Source: an uncultured delta proteobacterium (GTDB lineage Bacteria > Desulfobacterota > Syntrophobacteria > BM002). From it: a DNA stretch of 64,000 nt. Both the position numbers and the translations under genes were made by a program. The notes under the pieces were generated by a model. The model did not search any database. It saw nothing but the letters and a program-made list of their open reading frames with translations, and was not told where the DNA came from. Position 1 is the stretch's first letter. Each line of letters opens with the position of its first letter. This document shows positions 41,432-52,653 of the stretch, one piece after another. The stretch covers positions 32,001-96,000 of the forward strand of contig CAVQGX010000026.1 in the NCBI GenBank assembly GCA_963712115.1. The letters run 5' to 3'.

Positions 41432-42562
41432 CTAATGTTTGCTCTTGGAATGCTTGTTCTTATGCCCCCGGCCCCAGAATTTAAAAAGCTTCTCAGAGGA
41501 TTTCTTGCTCTTTTCAATCTCGGCAAATTCCCGCAAAATTTCTTTCTGCCGTTTGTTGAGGTTCACAGGTGTTTTCACCTGGATATCGATAAGCAAATCT
41601 CCCCGGGCCGACCCTCGCAGACTGGGCACTCCCTCTCCCCTCAACCGAATGACATCGCCACTTTGAGTGCCTGGTGGAATCTTCACGCTCCGGGTAGAGT
41701 CTAGAGTTTGGATTTCGATAGTTTCTCCAACTGCGGCCTGCAACATGGAGATAGGGATATGGCAATAAAGGTTGTAGCCTTCTCGCTCAAAAAACTCGTG
41801 TGGGTCTACATGTAAGCGCACGTAAAGGTCTCCAGGGGGGCCGCCTAAGTAACCGCTCTCGCCTTGGTTAGGAATACGGAGACGCACGCCAGTATCCACG
41901 CCAGCCGGGACCTTAACCAATACTTTCTGGTTAATTTTTTGTCGTCCGGTACCATTGCATGGTTGGCAAGGGTTGGTAATAATTTGTCCCTGGCCTCCGC
42001 ACCGGTGGCAAGTCGTGCTAATTCGAAAGAATCCCTGAGACTGCAAAATCTGGCCCTGGCCGTGGCATATAGGGCAACTCTCTTCCTCCGTACCTGCTTC
42101 CCGGCCCGTTCCCTCACAAGATTCGCAGGTTGCACTGTTGGGTATCTCTATTTCCTTCTCAGTTCCAAAAACAGCCTCATCGAATTCGAGCCGCATATCA
42201 TACAGGAGATCTGCACCTGGTCTGGCCGAAGTTCTTGAACCTCTCCTGCGGTTTCCAAAACCAAAAAAATCCTCAAATATGTCACCAAAGGCAGAAAAAA
42301 TATCGTCGAAACCACCAAACCCGGCGAACCCTGTACCTTCCAGGCCAGCGTGGCCGAACTGATCGTAGATGTCGCGCTTCTGCGAGTCCCGCAGGACTTC
42401 ATAAGCCTCAGCCGCCTCTTTAAAATTCTCTTCGGCTTCTTTATCACCTGGATTCCGATCCGGGTGAAACTTGAGCGCCAGCTGACGATAAGTTTTTTTT
42501 ATCTCCTCTTGAGAGGCTTTGGTATCGACACCTAAAACCTCATAGTAGTCTCGCTTAGCCAT
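41432..42562 (-). CDS. dnaJ: Chaperone DnaJ
   Basis: HPD motif, G/F region and four CxxCxGxG repeats. Confidence 0.98.
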   Translation of the reverse strand: MAKRDYYEVLGVDTKASQEEIKKTYRQLALKFHPDRNPGDKEAEENFKEAAEAYEVLRDSQKRDIYDQFGHAGLEGTGFAGFGGFDDIFSAFGDIFEDFFGFGNRRRGSRTSARPGADLLYDMRLEFDEAVFGTEKEIEIPNSATCESCEGTGREAGTEEESCPICHGQGQILQSQGFFRISTTCHRCGGQGQIITNPCQPCNGTGRQKINQKVLVKVPAGVDTGVRLRIPNQGESGYLGGPPGDLYVRLHVDPHEFFEREGYNLYCHIPISMLQAAVGETIEIQTLDSTRSVKIPPGTQSGDVIRLRGEGVPSLRGSARGDLLIDIQVKTPVNLNKRQKEILREFAEIEKSKKSSEKLFKFWGRGHKNKHSKSKH

Positions 42563-43046
42563 CGAACAATATCTTTCCAGTAAGTTTTTACCTTAAATCA
42601 GGCGGCTGAAAACTTTGTGGAACCGTTTAAACAATAAAAAACACGCAACTAAATTGATTCTCCTGTCCTAGACTGACTGGAAGAAGGACTTATTCTTTAC
42701 GATCTTCTATAATCATCACGCCTATATTTGTCAATTTTATAGCTAACCTAGAGCGGATTGCTCGTGTTTTTAATTGGTTGCATGAGCAAGCCGGGCTACT
42801 AGCCATTGATGCCATGGCTTCACTTAGACAGGAGGAACTCCTCCTGGCCAATCCAACCCTTTTATTATGCTATCCAAGCAAATTCCGGAAGAACAAGAAA
42901 ACAAGTTCTTATTCTTTCGGGCTACATATGAGGGAGCATAATGCTTCAATAACCATGCCGGCTAGGAGATAATGCTACAGGCTCTGATAAAAGGGGGGGA
43001 TTTGTTGGTTAGATGTGGTCCGATTCTAATTCATTGGGGTTCCCAG

Positions 43047-43469
43047 TCAATGGAGCATGGTTCCGCCTGAAGTTCGCTCCTGCGGGGGAAGTTGAAGAAG
43101 TTTCTCCACCTGAGCCGCTTTTTCATGGTTGTCTGCTCGCTCATAGGCAAAGCTGGCAAACAAAAGCTTACCCAGCCCCAAGGCTTTGTCCCCTAACTGT
43201 GTCCACTCTTCAGGAGATGGAGAATCCCTCAGAATTTTTGCTAATCTATGGTAGAGAAAATAATCTCCCTCGGCAGCACACTTTTCCTTGAGCTGAATCA
43301 ACCCTTCAAAATGTTCGGCTTTTTCAAAGAAATCGATGCAGTCGGAAATGAATCCCTCCTGCAAATAGCCTTGGCCCAGCTTTATAAGTTCGGAGTTGTC
43401 CACTCTGTCGCTGTTTAGTAAGTCGCGCTTTTTTAGACAACTTGGGAGCTTTTTGCCTGCCAATGCCAT
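43047..43469 (-). CDS. Hypothetical helical-repeat protein
   Basis: ATG with AAGGAG RBS at 43469; the longer ORF overlaps rpoZ out of frame. Confidence 0.75.
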   Translation of the reverse strand: MALAGKKLPSCLKKRDLLNSDRVDNSELIKLGQGYLQEGFISDCIDFFEKAEHFEGLIQLKEKCAAEGDYFLYHRLAKILRDSPSPEEWTQLGDKALGLGKLLFASFAYERADNHEKAAQVEKLLQLPPQERTSGGTMLH

Positions 43470-43530
43470 TAACTCCTTACACCCTAGCTGGCCACAGCCT
43501 GCTGCCAGGGAAAGTGTTATGCAGACGAAC

Positions 43531-43872
43531 TCAGTCTTCCTTAACTTCTTCGCCTTCGTCGGCTTTTGCTGACTGGGGTAGTGCTTCTTTTGCGTCCTCC
43601 TGAGTGGTGGCTTCGGTTTCAGCTTCCTCAGGACTTTGCTCTGGTAGGGTCTCGGCGATAAGCTCATCCGGTTCGATCTGGGCGAGAGAGTCAAAATTCA
43701 CTAGCCCAGCTGCGATTTCTCTGAGGGCCAAGACAACCTCTTTGTTTTTAGGTGCATCTACAAGGGGAGTGGCACCTTTACGTAGTTGGATGACCCTTTT
43801 GGCGCCGAGATGGACCAAAATGAAGCGATTGTTGACTTCCTTGAGACAATCTTCAATGGTGACACGAGCCAT
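43531..43872 (-). CDS. rpoZ: RNA polymerase omega subunit with acidic tail
   Basis: [10 protein letters not shown]...NRF.LV...ALREIA. Confidence 0.96.
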   Translation of the reverse strand: MARVTIEDCLKEVNNRFILVHLGAKRVIQLRKGATPLVDAPKNKEVVLALREIAAGLVNFDSLAQIEPDELIAETLPEQSPEEAETEATTQEDAKEALPQSAKADEGEEVKED

Positions 43873-43969
43873 GTTTGTCCTCCTCAAAAAATGAATGTAT
43901 ACCCGAGAACTTTACAGGAAGCAAGGGGAAAATGGAAATCAGCAGTCAGGCAGCAGCAGACAGCAGGCA

Positions 43970-44222
43970 GTCATGAGGTCATTACACTCTGCGCTATCGC
44001 GCTTCGCTGTCATCAGGGCTGGGCCCGTCATTAGGCCTAACGGCCGTCATTAGGTTGTTTCAACGCCACAATGACATTTAACTATGAATGACAGCGTAGC
44101 GAAACTGGGAACCCGCTTGCGGGACTGAGCGGAGCGCAGCGAGCGCGAATAATTGACCTAATGACCATAAATGACGCCGCAGGCATAATGACGGCGAAGC
44201 CATATGACGCGTAGTAAATGAC
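43970..44222. repeat. GTCAT/ATGAC element, copy C
   Basis: Contains a 114-nt block near-identical to copy A, in inverted orientation. Confidence 0.85.
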
Positions 44223-44328
44223 CTGTTGAATGCCAGCCGTCAGCTTCCAGCTGACAAATAAAAAAGCCCAGGCAACCCGAGATCTAGAGCCCGGGCGCCT
44301 GGGCCGCATTTGTAACTCCTTTGGTGAA

Positions 44329-46002
<1,674 letters not shown>

Positions 46003-46290
46003 CTATTTAATTATGGCAAGAATATCGTCCTCACGCATGATTAGATGTTCCTCGCCATCAATCTTGATGTCCGTTCCCGCATACTTACCAAAAAGCACTC
46101 GGTCTCCCTTTTTGACGCTAACCGGACTAACCTTGCCATTTTCCAATATCTTTCCTTTGCCAGCAGCAACAACTTTACCCTGCTGGGGCTTTTCTTTAGC
46201 AGTATCAGGAATAATAATACCGCCGGTGGTCTTTTCCTCCTCCTTGATCCGTTTGACAATGACTCGATCTTGCAAAGGTCTCAGCTTCAT
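46003..46290 (-). CDS. groES: Co-chaperonin GroES
   Basis: [10 protein letters not shown]...[13 protein letters not shown]. Confidence 0.98.
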   Translation of the reverse strand: MKLRPLQDRVIVKRIKEEEKTTGGIIIPDTAKEKPQQGKVVAAGKGKILENGKVSPVSVKKGDRVLFGKYAGTDIKIDGEEHLIMREDDILAIIK

Positions 46291-46377
46291 GCCATCACTC
46301 TCCTTTTCTAATAGCACTCCCCTAGAGTGCAAAATTGATTTAGATATTGTGGGAGTCTGTACTTCCTCAGAGAATTG

Positions 46378-46404
46378 TTAGCACTCGTCTAGGATGAGTG
46401 CTAA
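46378..46404. promoter_or_regulatory. CIRCE operator (HrcA)
   Basis: Perfect TTAGCACTC-N9-GAGTGCTAA upstream of groES. Confidence 0.97.
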
Positions 46405-46839
46405 CACAGAGAAATTTACCGATTCGTAGAAAAAATTCAAGTGCTAAAATAGGTTTTCTCCCTCTAAATAACATAGGATGCTTAGGAAAATAAGGCGTAA
46501 TCTTCAAATGTCAAGACTTTCCTCTTTTGTTCGCCTCAATACTTCATTTTGATCCCTAAAAAAAGAAAGAAGAGAGAACTCAATGGGGATTATCATAGCA
46601 TTAACCCGCGGCTAGATTTGCCTTGACAAACTAAATGGCCTTGGGCATTGTTAGCGCCAATATATGTGTTCCCAGCTTCCCCTCTTTGCCGCAGGCGGTC
46701 AAATTGGGGTTTTCGTTTTGCCGTTGTATTTGCCTGGCAGAAAACAACCTGCCTCTCGGTTATAATTTTAGCGAAGGCCGGTTGTCCGCCTTGCCGGTTG
46801 GGAAGATACCTGCAAATTTCACTCATTTAGGATGAGCAG

Positions 46840-47319
46840 TTGAATTCCAATAATAACAACAGCTCGATCACCGTTAGAAAAAATGGCAATGGAATAGTGG
46901 CGGAAATAACCGTCGCTGCCGGGACAGAACGTGTTTGGCGTATTCTGACTTCCTTTGATGAAATGGGCGCACATCTGAGCGGACTAAAAACAAGCAAAGT
47001 ATTAAGAAAAGAAGGCAATTACCTTCTGGTAGAACAAAGGGCGAAAGTGGGAATTTCGCTCTTATCATTTTCTTTTCGAGTGGTTATGGACGTTGTCGAA
47101 GATAGACCCTTCCTCTATTTCAGCCAGCGCCAGGGATCCTTTGCAACCTTCCGCGGCCATTGGAGGGTCGAACCTAAATCGGACGGCAAGGGAACCCGGA
47201 TTAGCTATTATCTCGAAGCTAGTCCGGCTCAGAGTCTGGGAGGTCGACAGTTTGGCAATCTGATGATCAAACAAAACTTGCAGCAATTAGCTTGCTGGAT
47301 CGATAATGGGGGAATTTAG
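46840..47319 (+). CDS. SRPBCC / polyketide-cyclase-like protein
   Basis: VWRILTSFD, GSFATFRGHW and GTRISY; start uncertain. Confidence 0.8.
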   Translation: MNSNNNNSSITVRKNGNGIVAEITVAAGTERVWRILTSFDEMGAHLSGLKTSKVLRKEGNYLLVEQRAKVGISLLSFSFRVVMDVVEDRPFLYFSQRQGSFATFRGHWRVEPKSDGKGTRISYYLEASPAQSLGGRQFGNLMIKQNLQQLACWIDNGGI

Positions 47320-47335
47320 GAATTGAGGAGTCCCT

Positions 47336-47581
47336 ATGCGCCGGCACCGTCATGACTTTGTGGAAAAATACCAGGGGATAATGGCCTTCGGCTATTCCCG
47401 CGAGGAAGATGAACGCTCCCTGATAGTTTTTCTGCAAAAGTTCTCCGACGATGACCTCATGGAACTGCTAAGGGGTCGAGTTAGCGACTCAGAGATTGAC
47501 AATCTGGTTGATCTCCTTACGGGCCTAATGAAAAAACATCTGAGCGAAGAAGAGTATCATCGTTATTTCCTCAAAGACTAA
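47336..47581 (+). CDS. Small hypothetical protein
   Basis: GAGGAG RBS; ends KKHLSEEEYHRYFLKD. Confidence 0.8.
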   Translation: MRRHRHDFVEKYQGIMAFGYSREEDERSLIVFLQKFSDDDLMELLRGRVSDSEIDNLVDLLTGLMKKHLSEEEYHRYFLKD

Positions 47582-47643
47582 AAGGCATAGGGCATGGGGC
47601 ATGGCGCAGAGGGCGAGACTTAAGGACTAAGGAGGAGCAACAG

Positions 47644-48729
47644 ATGGGGAAGCGCATTTATAACTTCAACCCAGGTCCAGCTGCGCTGCCATTGCCTGTT
47701 CTTGAAGAGATTCAAGCGGAGTTCTTGGATTACAGGGGATCTGGCATGTCCATAACCGAAGTGAGCCATCGCTCTGCCTTGTTCGATGAGGTGATAAACG
47801 ATGCCAAGCTGCGGGTCAGACGGCTGCTTGAATGTGGGGAAGACTATGAGGTGCTATTTCTCCAAGGAGGAGCGAGTCTGCAATTTTCCATGGTGCCAAT
47901 GAATTTGCTACCGGATGATCAGTTCGCTGACTACGTGAACACCGGCTCTTGGTCTACAAAGGCCATAAAAGAGGCTCAGATTCTGAATAAAGAGGTGCGG
48001 GTGGTTGCCTCTTCGGAGGACCGTGACTTCACCTATATTCCAAGGAATATCAGCTTAAATGAGGATGCGGCCTATGTACACATAACTTCTAATAATACCA
48101 TTCGCGGTACCCAATGGAGCAGTTTCCCCGATACGGGAACCGTACCCCTGGTAAGTGACGTTTCCTCTGACATCATGGGCCGCGCTATGGACCTAGCCCC
48201 CTTTGGACTCATTTATGCGGGGGCCCAGAAAAATCTGGGACCGGCAGGTGTCACCCTGGTGGTAATCCGAAGAGACATGCTTGAGCGCGTACCGGACAAT
48301 CTGCCCATTATGTTGAAGTACACCACTTTCGCCGCCAAGAACTCAATGTTCAATACCCCGCCTTGTTTCGCCATCTACGTGGTTCAACTGGTGCTCAAAT
48401 GGCTGGAAGAAAACGTAGGTGGTCTGGCCAAGATGGAACAGATAAACAAGGAAAAGGCAGCACTTGTTTACAACTACCTGGATAAGAGTGATTTTTACTG
48501 GGGCACTGCGGAAAAAGAAGACCGGTCGATGATGAATGTCACTTTCCGCTTAACAGATCAATCTCTTGAGCAAATATTCATCGACCAAGCCTTGGCAAGT
48601 GGTCTAGGGGGCCTCAAAGGACATCGCTCGGTTGGCGGCTGCCGCGCCTCCCTCTATAATGCCACAGACCTTGAGGCAGTGGAGGCCCTGGTCTCGTTCA
48701 TGGCAGATTTCGAACGTAGTTATGGTTAA
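47644..48729 (+). CDS. serC: Phosphoserine aminotransferase
   Basis: YNFNPGPA, AGAQKNLGPAG and GHRSVGG. Confidence 0.97.
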   Translation: MGKRIYNFNPGPAALPLPVLEEIQAEFLDYRGSGMSITEVSHRSALFDEVINDAKLRVRRLLECGEDYEVLFLQGGASLQFSMVPMNLLPDDQFADYVNTGSWSTKAIKEAQILNKEVRVVASSEDRDFTYIPRNISLNEDAAYVHITSNNTIRGTQWSSFPDTGTVPLVSDVSSDIMGRAMDLAPFGLIYAGAQKNLGPAGVTLVVIRRDMLERVPDNLPIMLKYTTFAAKNSMFNTPPCFAIYVVQLVLKWLEENVGGLAKMEQINKEKAALVYNYLDKSDFYWGTAEKEDRSMMNVTFRLTDQSLEQIFIDQALASGLGGLKGHRSVGGCRASLYNATDLEAVEALVSFMADFERSYG

Positions 48730-48746
48730 ACGCCTAGCGCTTTAAC

Positions 48747-49036
48747 CAGCAGGCAGCGGACAGCTCGCAGCAGGCAGTCGTTTTAACTAGGCACTAGGAA
48801 CTAAGCACTAGACACTAGGCACAGCAGGGCGACGCGGTGAAACGGCGAGACGGAGACGCGGCGAAAATACCAGAAATTGAGAGGAATTCTGTTTTGATAG
48901 CTTTTCTCCTGAATTCTGGATTCTGGCTCCTTGCTCTATGCCCCATGCTCAATGCCCTATGCCTTTTTGAATCCGCAATCCGCAATCCGCAATCCCAAAT
49001 TGACAAAGTGCCTAGCTCTCTCCGCCTTGCCCCTCG
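48747..49036. repeat. Composite array of at least six repeat families
   Basis: CAGCRGR, ACTAGGC, GAVRCGGH, ATTCTGG, YATGCYC and AATCCGC blocks. Confidence 0.8.
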
Positions 49037-49065
49037 CGCAATGAGGTCTGGGAGGACTTGACGCC

Positions 49066-49692
49066 GTGCTCTTCTACTACCGCGTCGATCGTGCCCTGGC
49101 TGTCGGTTCCCCCTGGTGTCGTTGGCTGATTTCTCGGGCTCCCACTTCTGTTGTCCTTAAATACAACAGGACCTTTCCCCCCTATCATCCCACCACGAGA
49201 ATGTGCCTGAGTCTAATGCTCCAGATTCTGAAGGAACGATCCTATCAAGACCTTGTGGATGTGGGGTGCGGAAGCGGTGTTCTCGCGCTAGCAGGCTTAA
49301 AACTGGGTATCGAGAGGGCAGTAGCACTGGATATCGACCCCCAAGCGCTTAACCTTAGTAGAATAAATGGACAATTAAATGGGTTGGCAAGCAGACTTAT
49401 GCTGGTCAAGGGTTCAGCCGAAGCAGTAGCTGGCTGCTTTGATCTGGTACTAGCAAACTTGCCTATGCAGGTGCTCACTGAAAAACTCCCGGAGCTGTGT
49501 CGCCTAAGTAGGGCCGGAGGCGGGCTGGTGCTCTCAGGCTTTCAGGATCTAGACAAGCCTTTGCTGCAAGAAAAACTAGGACATCAGGGACTGAAAGAAA
49601 AAACGTGGTTGAGTGCGGATCTCACTTTTTTTGGCGAGTCACCAACCGGGAGTTTTACCTGGATGGCGGTGCATGCCACTAGAGACCACTAG
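49066..49692 (+). CDS. PrmA-like SAM methyltransferase (short)
   Basis: HPTT, DVGCGSGVL, DID, FDLVLAN and LSG. Confidence 0.8.
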   Translation: MLFYYRVDRALAVGSPWCRWLISRAPTSVVLKYNRTFPPYHPTTRMCLSLMLQILKERSYQDLVDVGCGSGVLALAGLKLGIERAVALDIDPQALNLSRINGQLNGLASRLMLVKGSAEAVAGCFDLVLANLPMQVLTEKLPELCRLSRAGGGLVLSGFQDLDKPLLQEKLGHQGLKEKTWLSADLTFFGESPTGSFTWMAVHATRDH

Positions 49693-49716
49693 GCACTACG
49701 CACTGAGTAACATGAA

Positions 49717-49866
49717 GTCAGTTGCTTCGCGTCACTTGGCTGCGCCGTCATTAGGCCTTGCGGCCGTCATTAAGTTGTTACAACAAATTATCTATGAATG
49801 ACAGCGTAGCGTTAATGACCATAAATGACGCCGAAGGCAACTGACCACCCATGACGGGAGCAGCCC
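49717..49866. repeat. GTCAT/ATGAC element, copy D
   Basis: Left half resembles copy B; right half resembles copy C without the central insert. Confidence 0.8.
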
Positions 49867-49894
49867 GCAGTGGGCAGCAGGCAGAAATTTTCAG

Positions 49895-50989
49895 CTAAAT
49901 TTTGAATTCCAAGCGTATATGCTCAGATACCTGGCGAGTAAGGGAGATTACTCTCTCGGCCAGGGCTTCAGTCAGGGTGCCACAACCGCAGCTGGGAGTA
50001 ATAAGCGCTTGGCGAAAGATGGTTTCCAGCGAAAGATCATTGCCGACCAGCTCCTCGACCTGGCTGCGCCAGCGACTCACTAAGGAATCAGAGCTTTCTT
50101 GATTGATATGATCCGCTTCCATAGTCGGAACGATACCCCAGGCTACCAGGCCGCCGCGGTCGAGGTACGGAACCAGATCCGGACGATAGAGAGCAAAACG
50201 GTCAAAGTAGTTATAGGCGTCGAAATTGATCAGGTCCAAAGAACTTCCGAAGAAAAGAGACCAGTCAGTGTTTGCGCAAACGTGAGTACCTGCGAGACCG
50301 CCAGCTTTATGAATATGGCTGGCCACCTCATTGTGCAGAGTGATGATCTCTTCTGCCGAAACGCTGATAAAGGCAGATGAGCCAAACCCGGCTAGGGCGG
50401 GCTCGTCGATGAATACAATAACAGGCAGTCCAGAGCGGGCCAATCGTTCGACCTGCCACTGCGCCTTGAGGGCGAGAGTCTTAACCACCACATCACGGAG
50501 TCGAGGGTCGTAGAGGGCAAGTTGATCATTCTCGTTTTTCAGACCCGCCAGCAAAGTAAAAGGTCCGGTGATTTGGCCCTTTACCGCAGCAGGGCGCGGC
50601 TGCTGCCGTTCCAGCCTGTCCAGAAAGGCAAAGAAAGTCCTGCCCGTGTCGTCTCCGAAACGAAAGCGGGACTTTTCCAAAGGAAGCTCGCCATCTGAGG
50701 CTGCCAGGTATTCCTCATAAAATTTGAGCAATTCCTCCTCGAAGTTTGGGGCAGAGGTGACAAACAGGGTACGGTTGTCTCTGCGCACCAATCCAGGCAG
50801 GCCTTCGTTGAACTGCACCATCATCTGTTCGGGGTTATAGGGCGAAAGTTGCGGCCAGACAGGAATTTCCACCATCTGTTCAAACACCAGGTCTAAAGCC
50901 CTCCGGCGATCATCATGGGGCAAGCTTCCCACCAGAGTGGCGGCTGCGTTAGGGTGCCATTTTTCAACAGTATCAGACAAGACTCTCAC
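49895..50989 (-). CDS. Cobalamin-independent methionine synthase catalytic-domain-like protein
   Basis: GSLP, KGQITGPFT, IDEP, HVC and TPSCG. Confidence 0.8.
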   Translation of the reverse strand: MRVLSDTVEKWHPNAAATLVGSLPHDDRRRALDLVFEQMVEIPVWPQLSPYNPEQMMVQFNEGLPGLVRRDNRTLFVTSAPNFEEELLKFYEEYLAASDGELPLEKSRFRFGDDTGRTFFAFLDRLERQQPRPAAVKGQITGPFTLLAGLKNENDQLALYDPRLRDVVVKTLALKAQWQVERLARSGLPVIVFIDEPALAGFGSSAFISVSAEEIITLHNEVASHIHKAGGLAGTHVCANTDWSLFFGSSLDLINFDAYNYFDRFALYRPDLVPYLDRGGLVAWGIVPTMEADHINQESSDSLVSRWRSQVEELVGNDLSLETIFRQALITPSCGCGTLTEALAERVISLTRQVSEHIRLEFKI

Positions 50990-51287
50990 TCCTAATTTCT
51001 CAGGAATTAAATAGCTCTGTTCTCTTAAAAAATAACAGAGCCGAGGATCTCGAGTCTGGGTATCACACAGTCAAGGTTGTGTCAATGTAAGAAGGGAAAC
51101 AGGAGTTTCCCCAGAAATATTTTTGTGACATAGGCCACGGGAAAGCTACTCCACAACGATCATATTCGCACCATCTATTGGCAGAGTTCCTGCTTAGGAA
51201 GCACCACATCTTCATGCAGGCCCTTTCGAGGCTGAGATTGGTAAAGATAGGTTGCTCAGATGCTCGTTGTTTCGCAGCTTCCCCTTT

Positions 51288-51517
51288 TGGCTTTGGCTGA
51301 TGTCTCTTCTGAGTGACTGCTGAAGGTCTGTGTCACTTCCCCGGCTGTGGATGGGGGAGCCCCTGGCCCGCCGAAGCATTGCGAAGGCGGGAACAGGGAG
51401 GGGGGCCGCCTCCCCGGCCACAGCTGGGCTAGAAGTGACCAGACCGTGAGCCCTGGCCTCCGGCCCATAGGGGCCTACGCCCCGGTGGGAACGACAGAAG
51501 AGACATCAGCCAAACCA
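51288..51517. repeat. 230-nt multi-stem palindromic element
   Basis: Perfect 20-bp terminal IR (51292-51311 / 51495-51514) and internal stems. Confidence 0.8.
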
Positions 51518-51583
51518 CTTCGTGTAACATCCGGGCTAAGTAAACAGCGCAAATCAGGGGGGATTATACCGCTGGAATAAAGG

Positions 51584-51612
51584 TTGACAAAAATTGGGCA
51601 ATTGATTAGACT
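51584..51612 (+). promoter_or_regulatory. sigma70 promoter of tRNA-Gly
   Basis: TTGACA-N17-TAGACT. Confidence 0.8.
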
Positions 51613-51624
51613 TCCTACGCCTGA

Positions 51625-51700
51625 GCGGGCATAGCTCAGTTGGTAGAGTACGAGCTTCCCAAGCTCGGTGTCGCGGGTTCGAATCCCGTTGCCCGCTCCA
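51625..51700 (+). tRNA. tRNA-Gly (CCC)
   Basis: 76-nt cloverleaf; anticodon arm CGAGC-TTCCCAA-GCTCG; GGTTCGAATCC; encoded CCA. Confidence 0.98.
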
Positions 51701-51907
51701 TCAGCTCTTCCAGTTGAGCTGGTGAGCTTGGCGGAGGGAACACGGCTGAAAGCCGATGTTCATGTCCCTTTTTGAGGTAGCTGCCAGGTGGACAGGGAGC
51801 CACCGGCGGTGCGCTTACTTCGATTAGTGGATTTTTAGGTTATAGACTTGCTTGCTTCAAAAGCCAGCTTTTGTTGTCGATTTAGTTATAATCTAGTCTG
51901 CTAGGAG

Positions 51908-51933
51908 AAGTGGGCGTCAGCCCACTTTTTTTT
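51908..51933 (+). promoter_or_regulatory. rimP leader terminator-like hairpin
   Basis: AAGTGGGC-GTCA-GCCCACTT plus T-run just before rimP, matching the known rimP-leader pattern. Confidence 0.8.
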
Positions 51934-51937
51934 GTAT

Positions 51938-52408
51938 ATGAAGGAAGATCAACAAGCACAGATCCACAGGCAGGTGGAAGAAATCTGCGAGTCTCTTGTC
52001 GTTTCAGAGGGAATGGAGTTGGTGGACCTTGAGTATCGCAGGGAGGGTCCCCGATGGATGCTCCGACTTTTCATAGACAAAGAGGGGGGAGTTAATATTG
52101 ATGACTGCGCCCGCATTAGTCGGGAGTTAGGCGATCTTTTGGAGGTGAAGGACGTTATTCCCCAAGCCTATGTGCTTGAAGTCTCTTCGCCAGGATTGAA
52201 TCGGCGGATTAGGAAAAAGGAGGATTTTTCTCGGTTTGTCGGTCAAAAGGTTCAGCTCTGGCTAGTTTCGCCCAAGGATGGTCGGAGAAAGATTGTGGGG
52301 GACCTAGTTGGAGTTGAAGGAGAAGAGGTAGTTGTGACAGCTACCGAGGGCCGCTTCTCGGTGGCACTGAAGGATATAGCCAGGGCCAATTTGATCTATG
52401 AATTCTAA
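51938..52408 (+). CDS. rimP: Ribosome maturation factor RimP
   Basis: LRLFID, DDC and YVLEVSSPG. Confidence 0.96.
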   Translation: MKEDQQAQIHRQVEEICESLVVSEGMELVDLEYRREGPRWMLRLFIDKEGGVNIDDCARISRELGDLLEVKDVIPQAYVLEVSSPGLNRRIRKKEDFSRFVGQKVQLWLVSPKDGRRKIVGDLVGVEGEEVVVTATEGRFSVALKDIARANLIYEF

Positions 52409-52496
52409 AGCCTGAGGCAATGAGCTTTCGGACGTGGATGAACGGCCCGACAAACTCCTGAAACGTTCTCAACTCGAAGGGGTTTTTGTAGCTCTT

Positions 52497-52630
52497 GAAC
52501 TTTGCCTCGCTTATGGAATATTGGAATATTGGAATGCTGGAAACTGGGAAACCGCTTACATTTTTCTCCCCATTATTCCATTATTCCAAAATTCCATCAT
52601 TCCAGTTGGCGAGCAAAGCTAAGCCAAGTT
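52497..52630. repeat. Inverted TGGAATAT/ATTATTCC octamer array
   Basis: Facing arms bounded by CTTTGCCTCGC / GCGAGCAAAG. Related tracts at 23461-23502, 54189-54219 and 60303-60407. Confidence 0.8.
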
Positions 52631-52653
52631 AGTGGATAAGGAGAACAACGGAA

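Noticed and set aside
42563-43046. 480-nt gap upstream of dnaJ (ORF 42778-42972)
   Set aside because: No convincing ORF, CIRCE or RNA structure found by eye.
51625-51900. tRNA-Gly as an integration site of an island
   Set aside because: No integrase and no duplicated tRNA 3' end in the window; the flanks are core genes.
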